A DNA stretch of 64,000 bases, from NCBI GenBank assembly GCA_001604005.1, contig LVAM01000019.1, positions 148,754 to 212,753 on the forward strand, read 5' to 3'. The notes below the pieces were generated by a model. The model ran no database searches. It was not told the DNA's origin and worked only from the letters and a program-made list of their open reading frames with translations. Positions within the stretch are counted from its first letter, which is position 1. Every line of letters starts with the position of its first letter. This DNA is from Clostridiales bacterium Firm_07. GTDB taxonomy: Bacteria > Bacillota > Clostridia > Oscillospirales > CAG-272. Below, piece by piece: positions 1 to 7,063 of this stretch. The translations under genes were made by a program, and so were the position numbers.

Positions 1-292
1 GAACACCTCGTTTTCGGACGCCGATCTCGGCATTTCCGATCTTGCCGCCGCCATCGGCGTCAGCGAGACCTACTTTCGCCGTTGCTTTGAAAATCATATG
101 AATATCTCCCCTCTTGCCTATCTGAACGGCATTCGCATCGAGCGCGCGAAGGAACTTTTGCAAAGCGGTTTTTACGGCGTCAGGGAGATCGCTCCGCTTT
201 GCGGTTTCAGGGACAGCAAATATTTCAGCACCGCGTTTCGGAAAGCGTGCGGCGTCTCCCCTTCCGCCTACAAAAAAACGTGGACGATGTGA
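1..292 (+). CDS. AraC/XylS-family transcriptional regulator, C-terminal HTH half (5' end lies outside the window)
   Basis: The frame is open from the window edge. The translation ...ISDLAAAIGVSETYFRRCFENHMNISPLAYLNGIRIERAKELLQSG...FRDSKYFSTAFRKACGVSPSAYKK is the typical tandem AraC HTH signature. Confidence 0.85.
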   Translation, partial: NTSFSDADLGISDLAAAIGVSETYFRRCFENHMNISPLAYLNGIRIERAKELLQSGFYGVREIAPLCGFRDSKYFSTAFRKACGVSPSAYKKTWTM

Positions 293-329
293 GTGTCGAA
301 AATCAAACCTTTTCTCCCGATATTTCGGC

Positions 330-358
330 TTGCAATACAGTGCGAAAAATGTTAGACT
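330..358 (+). promoter_or_regulatory. sigma-A-type promoter of the 404-4911 operon
   Basis: TTGCAA (330-335), 17 nt spacer, TAGACT (353-358). It lies about 45 nt upstream of the GGGAGG RBS and the ATG at 404. Confidence 0.5.
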
Positions 359-403
359 TATAGCGAGAGAAAAACTCTCACCATTAAATTTCGGGAGGTT
401 ATT

Positions 404-1432
404 ATGGCGATCAAACACACGGCGATCTCGTATTACGGATTCAACTACGTGGAGCACGCCGCCGCCGATTTCAAAGAAATGAAAGAACACGGCTGCGACA
501 CGGTGATCCTGGCGATCACGGAATTCGATATGGACTTTTGGTTTCCCAACATCAACGCCATCGTGCGCACCGCGCACGAAGCGGGACTGCGCGTCCTTGC
601 CGACACCTGGGGCATCGGCAAATATTTCGGCGGCGAGCAGGTCAGTCTTTTCTTACAGAACAATATCCACCACCGGCAGGTTTCCGCCTATACGGGCGAA
701 GTGCTCAATCACGCCTGTTTCAACACCAACGCGTTCCGTGACTATTTCACGGGCATTTGCCTGAAACTTGCGCGCGAGACCGAGGTGGACGGCTTCTTCT
801 GGGACGAGCCGCACTACGCCTATCCGAAGGGTTACGCCTCGATCACGGGCGGTGTCGGAGACGACTGGGCTTGCAGATGCCCCGAATGTATGAAAAAATT
901 TGAGGCGTACTACGGTTACGAAATGCCCAAATTTATGAACGACGACGTTAAGCAATTCCGTTGGAGAGAGGCGCTCAAAACCCTTGCCGACTGCTCCAAA
1001 GCCATCAAGGAAGTCAATCCCAAACTGGAAATCACCTGCTGCGTGCACGCAACGAAGAACTCCTATTACGTGACCGAAATGCGCGGCTACGACAACTGGG
1101 AAATGGTTGCCGCCTGCCCCTATTTCGACGTCTTTTCCACCACGATCATCAACTGGTCCCTGCCGGAAAGTTTCTTCAAAGAGATCACCGAGAAAACCGT
1201 GCAGATCGCGAAAAAATACGGCAAAGAGTCCGAAAGATGGCTGATGGGCTATCTCGCCGATCCGATCGACGAGACGCAAGTGGATCGCATTGTGGATCTT
1301 TATGAATCCCTCGGCGTTGATCGTCTGGCTTCCTGGACCTATCGCGGCGGTTACGGCACTTCGGTCGCCGCGCCCAACCCAATCAAACTTTGGGACACCA
1401 TCGGAAACGCCTACAAGCGCGTGAAGAAATGA
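404..1432 (+). CDS. hypothetical protein, possibly a (beta/alpha)8 glycoside-hydrolase-like enzyme with a Cys cluster
   Basis: A GGGAGG RBS precedes the ATG; 342 aa. The sequence alternates strand and helix, with motifs GFFWDEPHY and DDWACRCPECMKKF. I do not recognise the family with certainty. Confidence 0.5.
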   Translation: MAIKHTAISYYGFNYVEHAAADFKEMKEHGCDTVILAITEFDMDFWFPNINAIVRTAHEAGLRVLADTWGIGKYFGGEQVSLFLQNNIHHRQVSAYTGEVLNHACFNTNAFRDYFTGICLKLARETEVDGFFWDEPHYAYPKGYASITGGVGDDWACRCPECMKKFEAYYGYEMPKFMNDDVKQFRWREALKTLADCSKAIKEVNPKLEITCCVHATKNSYYVTEMRGYDNWEMVAACPYFDVFSTTIINWSLPESFFKEITEKTVQIAKKYGKESERWLMGYLADPIDETQVDRIVDLYESLGVDRLASWTYRGGYGTSVAAPNPIKLWDTIGNAYKRVKK

Positions 1433-1448
1433 AAAGGGGATTACGGCT

Positions 1449-2207
1449 ATGACAAAAATGCAGGATTTCGGATATTACAATTCCATTATCGCAAACCTTG
1501 AAAAAGTGAATGCGACGCAGGCGGACAACATCCACGCGGCCGCCGAACTGATGGTGGAGGCTATCAAAAACGACCGTTTGATCCACGTTTACGGCGGCGG
1601 CGGACACACCACGCTGCCCGTGGGCGAAATGTTTTTCCGTGCAGGCGGTCTTGCCTGCATCGACCCGATGATGGAGACCGGACTTTCGGTTTTCAATCAG
1701 GCGGGCAAATACCTTGAATTGGAACGCACCGTCAATTACGGCGCTTCCATCGTGAAATACTATCAACTGCAAAAAGACGACGTGGTGATCTTTTTCCACA
1801 ACATCGGCATCAACCCCGCCACCATCGACGCGGCGATGGAGATGAAGAAATGCGGCGCGAAGATCATTGCCGTTTCCAGCGCGGAATGGCAGGAGAAAAT
1901 GCCCGCCGACCACTTTATCCGTCACCCCAACGGCACCAATCTTTATGATTACGCCGACGTCAAGATCGACGACTTCAATCCCGTCGGCGATGCCGCCGTG
2001 ACCGTGCCGGGCTGTGACACTCCCATCGCTCCCCTTTCCAACATCGTCGATTTTTACATCGCGCATTTGCTTGAAATCGAAACCGTGCGCCTTTGCGTGG
2101 AAAAAGGCATTACACCGCCCGTCTGGTCGAGCGCCAACACTCCCGGCGGCGACGAGAAAAACGCGGCTTTCCTCGCGAAATACCGTCCGCGCGTCAAAAT
2201 GCTTTGA
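1449..2207 (+). CDS. SIS (sugar isomerase/phosphosugar-binding) domain protein, UPF0309-like
   Basis: An AAAGGGGA RBS precedes the start. ...AAELMVEAIKNDRLIHVYGGGGHTTLPVGEMFFRAGGL... and ...DDVVIFFHNIGINPATIDAAMEMKKCGAKIIAVSS fit the SIS fold pattern. Confidence 0.6.
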   Translation: MTKMQDFGYYNSIIANLEKVNATQADNIHAAAELMVEAIKNDRLIHVYGGGGHTTLPVGEMFFRAGGLACIDPMMETGLSVFNQAGKYLELERTVNYGASIVKYYQLQKDDVVIFFHNIGINPATIDAAMEMKKCGAKIIAVSSAEWQEKMPADHFIRHPNGTNLYDYADVKIDDFNPVGDAAVTVPGCDTPIAPLSNIVDFYIAHLLEIETVRLCVEKGITPPVWSSANTPGGDEKNAAFLAKYRPRVKML

Positions 2208-2244
2208 TGAAAATTTATATTTCATAATCGAAAGGCGAACGCAA

Positions 2245-3069
2245 ATGACGACCGAAGAACTTTCCGCTCTCAACGAAGAGATCCTCTCGCTCTACCCCGA
2301 CAGGCAAAAAATACACGAACGCCTCCTCTCTTACAGCACAAAAGTAGGCGAATGCGTTCGGCTCTTTACCGTAAAACCGCCACACCCGGATTATTTTTGC
2401 CTGCAAGGCGGCTGTACGGACGGCAAAAACTTGTATTTGGCGTTTACCCGCTGGATGAAGAACGGAGATGGTTGGGACAAAGATCTCGGCACGATGATCG
2501 TGCGCGTGGACGCCGCGAGCGGCGAAGTTTTGCAAAAAAGCGAAAATCTCGTCCTGCACCACAGCAACGATTTCGTCTATCTGCCGGAAAGGAAAGAACT
2601 GATTGCCGTACACAACAGACCCTGCCGCAATACTATCTCCGTGATCGACGCCGATACGCTCACGCTCAAAGAAGATCGCGTGATCGAACGCGACATCTTT
2701 TCGATCGCCTACAACGAGAAGCGCCGCCTTTTCGCGGCGGGCAAGAGCGGCGGTAAGAATTTTGCCTTTTTCGATGAAAACTTCCGCCCCGTGCGTGATT
2801 TTACCGGCGTGGAGACCAAATACGTCACGCAAGGTATGACGTCTGACGACGACGCTCTTTATTTTCTGCAATTCCACAACAACTGCTTGATGAAATACGA
2901 TTGGAACGGAGATTTCAAAGAGTATATTCCGCTTGTGAAAGACACGGAAGTTCTGCAAGAACCCGAACATTTGTACTTTGTGAACGGTCGTCTCCTTGTC
3001 ACCTACGGTATCCGCGAAAACGGCAAACCGATGGCCGAAGTTTGCGAAGTACATTTCAAAAACAATTAA
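2245..3069 (+). CDS. hypothetical protein (beta-rich, repeat-like)
   Basis: The longest ORF starts at 2014 but overlaps the SIS gene. The ATG at 2245 (MTTEELSALNEE...) lies 37 nt after the SIS stop. No family recognised. Confidence 0.5.
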   Translation: MTTEELSALNEEILSLYPDRQKIHERLLSYSTKVGECVRLFTVKPPHPDYFCLQGGCTDGKNLYLAFTRWMKNGDGWDKDLGTMIVRVDAASGEVLQKSENLVLHHSNDFVYLPERKELIAVHNRPCRNTISVIDADTLTLKEDRVIERDIFSIAYNEKRRLFAAGKSGGKNFAFFDENFRPVRDFTGVETKYVTQGMTSDDDALYFLQFHNNCLMKYDWNGDFKEYIPLVKDTEVLQEPEHLYFVNGRLLVTYGIRENGKPMAEVCEVHFKNN

Positions 3070-3087
3070 GAAAAGAGGTCAAAACCG

Positions 3088-3834
3088 ATGCTTGATCAAA
3101 TCAAAACCGTGGAAGAGGGCGTCAACAAACTTTTGACGATCCGGGAAGTTCCCATCCCTTCGTACACGTTCTTCCGCAAAACCAAAAACGATCTGACCGA
3201 CCTGCTCTCGCTTGACGGCGAGACCGAGAAAATCCCGCTTCCCTACTGGCATTATGACGTCCGCATCCGCAGCATTTGGCGTTTCTGTCGCAACAAGATC
3301 GACACCGTCTGCTGTCTCAACGCGTATTCTTTCTTCGGCAAAGATATGACCTTTGAGCAGGCGCTTTACCGCGAACTGGACATTGCGGAATTCGTGCTTT
3401 GCGCGAAGATCAAAAAAGTGACCGCTTTTAAGAACGGCGACGCCTGCAATCTCATCGCCGTGACCGATCGCGGCACGCTGGCAAACCTGGATTTCGGCGC
3501 CACGATGGCAAACGGAGCCGTCAATCAGTGCCAACACCGCGTGATCCTGCAAAACAGTATGGTCAACGACCGCGTTGTGGACAATCAGGTGGTTTCACAC
3601 GGCACGTACGTCTTTAACGACAGTTCCGTCAAACCCGAAGTCTTTGACGACCTGGAAGTTTATCTTTACGGTCTTAACGCAGAAGATTGCAAAATGGCGC
3701 TCTATATCAACGCGCTCATCAAAAAGAGCGAAAAGATCAGCGAGATCCGCGCCAATCACGCGCATCTTCTCAAAGTGATGGACGCGGTGTTCAGATCCGA
3801 CAAGACCGGCGAAACGGTAGAAGTGGAGGCATAA
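3088..3834 (+). CDS. hypothetical protein resembling only the C-terminal alpha/beta domain of Gfo/Idh/MocA oxidoreductases (no Rossmann N-domain)
   Basis: 248 aa with no GxGxxG N-terminus. ...ELDIAEFVLCAKIKKVTAFKNGDACNLIAVTDRGTLANLDFGATMANG... and the C-terminal ...LLKVMDAVFRSDKTGETVEV resemble the family's C-domain. This is pattern recognition only. Confidence 0.4.
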   Translation: MLDQIKTVEEGVNKLLTIREVPIPSYTFFRKTKNDLTDLLSLDGETEKIPLPYWHYDVRIRSIWRFCRNKIDTVCCLNAYSFFGKDMTFEQALYRELDIAEFVLCAKIKKVTAFKNGDACNLIAVTDRGTLANLDFGATMANGAVNQCQHRVILQNSMVNDRVVDNQVVSHGTYVFNDSSVKPEVFDDLEVYLYGLNAEDCKMALYINALIKKSEKISEIRANHAHLLKVMDAVFRSDKTGETVEVEA

Positions 3835-3837
3835 GCG

Positions 3838-4911
3838 ATGAAACCCATTAAAATTGCGATCCTTTCCTGCAATCACGGACACGCAAGATCTTATTTCGGC
3901 TTGCAAAACGATCCTTTCTTTGATCTCGTTGCCGTTTCGGTCCAACCCGGCTATCGCGACAAGGCCGAGTTGTATCGCCTGAAAGACAGCATTCCGAAAT
4001 ATGACTCCGACGAAGAACTTTATGCGCACCACCCCGACCTTGAAGCCGTCATCATCGCCAGCGCCAACGACCGCCATTTGGAACAGGTGCGCGTTGCCGC
4101 CGCCAAGGGTCTGCACATCTTTTCGATGAAAATTCCCTCTTTTGACCTTAACGAATACAAAGAGATGATCGAGGTGACCGAAAAAGCCGGCGTGGTTTGC
4201 CAGGTGGAACTGGAAATGCGCCATCACGCCGAGATTATGCGCGCGAAAGACATTATGGATTCCGGCGAGATCGGAGAACCGCTCTCGATCACGCTGACAA
4301 ACTATTCCCACAACCCCATCTGGTGGCGCCCGTGGCAGGGCTCGCCCGAGGAGAGCTGGGGCAAACGCGTATTTCTGCGCGACGGTGATCCCCGCTATCG
4401 CGGCGGCGCGCTTGCCGATCATCCGCACATTTTCGACGTCGTGCGACTCCTCTCCGGCAGTTCGTTTGATACCGTGTTTGCCGACGTCGCGCCCAATATG
4501 CGCGATATTGAAACCGAAGATCTTGTGCATATCTCCGGCAGAATGAAAAACGGCATCATCTACTCTCTCGATCCTTCCTATGCCAATCTGGAAGCCCGCG
4601 TCGTGCGTCAAGTCGACTGGGAGATCTATCCTCGCATCGTGGAAGTGACGATGAATATCGTGGGCACGAAAGGCACGCTCATTTCCGACCTTTACGGCAA
4701 AGGATATTATTTTGTGGATCCCCGCACCAACCGCTATCTTGCGGACAGCCCCGAGAGCATCGGCATTTGGAATCGCCGCACACAAGAGTTTTATGAGTGC
4801 GTGCGGCACGGCGCAAAGCCCCCCGTGGGTCTGCGCGATCACTATGAAACGATCGCCGCGATGGTCGCCGCTTACAACAGCATCACAACCGGAAAAGTTA
4901 TCAAAATGTGA
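3838..4911 (+). CDS. Gfo/Idh/MocA-family NAD(P)-dependent oxidoreductase
   Basis: A GGAGG RBS precedes the start, and the ATG follows the previous stop by 3 nt. MKPIKIAILSCNHGHARSY..., ...DLEAVIIASANDRHLEQV... and the C-terminal ...ETIAAMVAAYNSITTGKVIK are typical of the family. Confidence 0.75.
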   Translation: MKPIKIAILSCNHGHARSYFGLQNDPFFDLVAVSVQPGYRDKAELYRLKDSIPKYDSDEELYAHHPDLEAVIIASANDRHLEQVRVAAAKGLHIFSMKIPSFDLNEYKEMIEVTEKAGVVCQVELEMRHHAEIMRAKDIMDSGEIGEPLSITLTNYSHNPIWWRPWQGSPEESWGKRVFLRDGDPRYRGGALADHPHIFDVVRLLSGSSFDTVFADVAPNMRDIETEDLVHISGRMKNGIIYSLDPSYANLEARVVRQVDWEIYPRIVEVTMNIVGTKGTLISDLYGKGYYFVDPRTNRYLADSPESIGIWNRRTQEFYECVRHGAKPPVGLRDHYETIAAMVAAYNSITTGKVIKM

Positions 4912-4919
4912 TTTTACCC

Positions 4920-4952
4920 GCGGCGCGCCTTATGGCGCGCCGCACATTTTTT
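4920..4952 (+). terminator. intrinsic terminator of the 404-4911 operon
   Basis: GCGGCGCGCC-TTAT-GGCGCGCCGC hairpin followed by ACATTTTTT. It starts 9 nt after the stop at 4909-4911. Confidence 0.75.
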
Positions 4953-4956
4953 CGAG

Positions 4957-4994
4957 AAAAGACCGGCGCGTCCAAAGGGACGCGCCGGTCTTTT
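4957..4994 (-). terminator. intrinsic terminator downstream of the rubredoxin gene (symmetrical, could work both ways)
   Basis: AAAA-GACCGGCGCGTCC-AAAG-GGACGCGCCGGTC-TTTT: a 13-bp stem flanked by A4 and T4. Confidence 0.7.
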
Positions 4995-5006
4995 ATATGC
5001 GTGCGA

Positions 5007-5189
5007 TCAAGCCTCTTCGTCTTCATCGACGTCTTGTTTTTCAAAATCTTCTTTGGATGCTCCGCACAAAGGACATACAAAATCCTCCGGCAGATCTTCA
5101 AACTCGGTTCCTTCGGCAATGCCGTTATCGGGATCTCCCACGCGAGGATCATATTCGTATCCGCAAAGAGCGCAAACATAGACAGCCAT
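5007..5189 (-). CDS. rubredoxin
   Basis: [50 protein letters not shown] has two CxxCG knuckles and the conserved aromatic core. The spacing of the GAAGGAGG RBS favours the second ATG (5189). Confidence 0.9.
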   Translation of the reverse strand: MAVYVCALCGYEYDPRVGDPDNGIAEGTEFEDLPEDFVCPLCGASKEDFEKQDVDEDEEA

Positions 5190-5228
5190 TCTCATTCCTC
5201 CTTCGTTGTTCGGCTTTATGCTCTATAT

Positions 5229-5258
5229 ATCATAGTCTTACACCGCCCTTTTTGTCAA
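5229..5258 (-). promoter_or_regulatory. sigma-A-type promoter of the rubredoxin gene
   Basis: Minus strand: TTGACA (5258-5253), 18 nt spacer, TATGAT (5234-5229). Confidence 0.5.
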
Positions 5259-5315
5259 GTATTTTCCCGAGATTTTTTGCGTTTTTTTCAAGCTGTCCGA
5301 AAGGATGCCGAAAGT

Positions 5316-5343
5316 GCTATTTTTTGACGCTTTTTCATACAAT
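5316..5343 (+). promoter_or_regulatory. candidate sigma-E-type (mother-cell) promoter of the SpoVB-like gene
   Basis: CATACAAT (5336-5343) matches the Bacillus sigma-E -10 consensus CATACAnT exactly. GCTATTT lies 13 nt upstream and only partly matches the -35 element. The ATG is at 5368. Confidence 0.35.
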
Positions 5344-5367
5344 ATTCCGATGAAACGAGGGGTATTT

Positions 5368-6960
5368 ATGAAGACAAAACAAGCATATTTCAAAAACGCG
5401 CTGCTGCTGACCGCCGTGGCGCTCCTGATGCGCACCGTATCGGTCAGTTTTAACGTTTACGTCACCGGAAAAGTGGGGGCGGAAGCAATGGGATTGCTGG
5501 CACTGGTCTTTGGCGTTTATAACTTTGCCCTGACGCTGGCGACCTCCGGCATCCACCTTGCCACCGTGCGCACAATCTCGGCGCGCTTGGAAGCCACCAA
5601 AGGCGCCGAAAACGGCAGGTGTCTTGCCGCGTGCCTTGCTTACGCGGCGTTTTTCGGAACGCTCGCCTCTTTTCTGCAATTTGTTCTCGCCTATCCGGTC
5701 GGCGCGCATATTCTCCACGACACGCGCACCGTTCGCGCCCTTCGCTTGCTCTCCTTTACGCTTTTACCCATCGCGCTGACGTCGGTCCTCAACGGCTATT
5801 TTACCGCCGTCAGGCGCGCTTGGAAAAACGCGTTGGCACAAGTCAGCGAGCAATGCGTCAAGATTCTCTTTACCGGATATTTGCTGGTGGTGGTCGCGCC
5901 CAAAACCACGGAAGGGTGCCTGCTTGCCGTTTTATCGGGCGGCGCCGTGGCGGAGATCCTTTCGCTTCTTTTCAATATCATTCTTTATACTTTTGATAAG
6001 CGACGTTTCAAAAGCGTTCCGCGGCAAAAATACGGCGCGCGCGTGCGCGTGGCAAATATCGCCCTACCCGTCGCCGTCAGCACCTATATCCGTTCCGCGC
6101 TGCTTGCCGTGGAAAACGTACTGATCCCGCGCGGACTTATTCGCCACGGCTCCGATCGCGGCGCGGCACTGGCGGCATACGGCGCGCTTCACGGTATGGC
6201 GCTTCCCGTCATTCTCTACCCCGCCGCCATCCTTGCCTCGTTTGCCGCGCTCGTCATTCCCGAGGTGACCGAACTGCAATCCGCGGACAATAAAACCGAG
6301 ATCCGCTATATCGCCGGACGCGCATATCAGATGACACTGCTTTTCTCCATCGGCGTGGGGGGGCTTATGATCGCGCTCGCGAAAGAACTGGGGCTGGTGC
6401 TCTACAATAATCCCGAAGTGGCGCGCGACATCGCCCTGCTTGCGCCTCTTGTCCCCATTATGTATCTCGATACAGCCACGGACGCGATGCTCAAAGGTCT
6501 CGGTGAGCAAGTTTATTCGATGAACGTCAATATTCTCGATACCCTTATTTCCGTCGTCGCCGTGGCGCTTTTGGTGCCCAAAATGGGTATTGACGGCTAT
6601 ATTCTGACGATCTACGTGACCGAGATCTTCAACGCCTCTCTCAGTATCGCCCGTCTTATTTCCGTCAGCGCCTTTCGCCCGTCCCTTATCAAATGGATCG
6701 GGCGCCCGCTCCTTTCCGTCATCGGCGCCGCCGCTTTTCTGCAACTTACGGTGCGTTTTTTGATCCCCGTTCCGCTCTCTTCCGCCGCGCTCGTGTTGCA
6801 TATTGCACTTTTCGTCGCGCTCTATTGCGTTTTTCTCTTCGTCACGGGAGGCTTTGCGAAGCAAGATTACAGGTGGTTGCTGTCTTCGATTTTCAAATTG
6901 CCCGAAAAGCGACGGACTGAAAAACAATCCAAAGACCGCGCGGTCGGCACTTGTAAATAA
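5368..6960 (+). CDS. spoVB: MOP/MurJ-superfamily flippase, stage V sporulation protein B-like
   Basis: The ATG at 5368 follows a GAGGGG RBS. MKTKQAYFKNALLLTAVALLMRTVSVSFNVYVTGKVGAEAMGLLALVF... and about 14 TM segments resemble SpoVB and polysaccharide-biosynthesis flippases. Confidence 0.55.
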   Translation: MKTKQAYFKNALLLTAVALLMRTVSVSFNVYVTGKVGAEAMGLLALVFGVYNFALTLATSGIHLATVRTISARLEATKGAENGRCLAACLAYAAFFGTLASFLQFVLAYPVGAHILHDTRTVRALRLLSFTLLPIALTSVLNGYFTAVRRAWKNALAQVSEQCVKILFTGYLLVVVAPKTTEGCLLAVLSGGAVAEILSLLFNIILYTFDKRRFKSVPRQKYGARVRVANIALPVAVSTYIRSALLAVENVLIPRGLIRHGSDRGAALAAYGALHGMALPVILYPAAILASFAALVIPEVTELQSADNKTEIRYIAGRAYQMTLLFSIGVGGLMIALAKELGLVLYNNPEVARDIALLAPLVPIMYLDTATDAMLKGLGEQVYSMNVNILDTLISVVAVALLVPKMGIDGYILTIYVTEIFNASLSIARLISVSAFRPSLIKWIGRPLLSVIGAAAFLQLTVRFLIPVPLSSAALVLHIALFVALYCVFLFVTGGFAKQDYRWLLSSIFKLPEKRRTEKQSKDRAVGTCK

Positions 6961-6982
6961 AATATGACTTTGCAAGCCGCCC

Positions 6983-7011
6983 TTGCAAAAATTGCAGAAT
7001 TGTAGTAAAAT
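6983..7011 (+). promoter_or_regulatory. sigma-A-type promoter of the PEP carboxykinase gene
   Basis: TTGCAA (6983-6988), 17 nt spacer, TAAAAT (7006-7011). Confidence 0.5.
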
Positions 7012-7063
7012 AAAAATAGATATGTCAAGCCCATATCAAAAAAGCAAAACGGAGATGAATGAT

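Noticed and set aside
5321-5343. Sigma-A promoter reading TTGACG ... TACAAT upstream of the SpoVB-like gene.
   Set aside because: The spacer is only 8 nt, which is incompatible with sigma-A. The CATACAAT reading (sigma-E type) explains the same bases better.
6969-6989. CcpA cre site at the pckG promoter.
   Set aside because: The palindrome arms are separated so that the site is 21 bp long. It does not fit the 14-nt TGWAANCGNTNWCA core and lacks the central CG.
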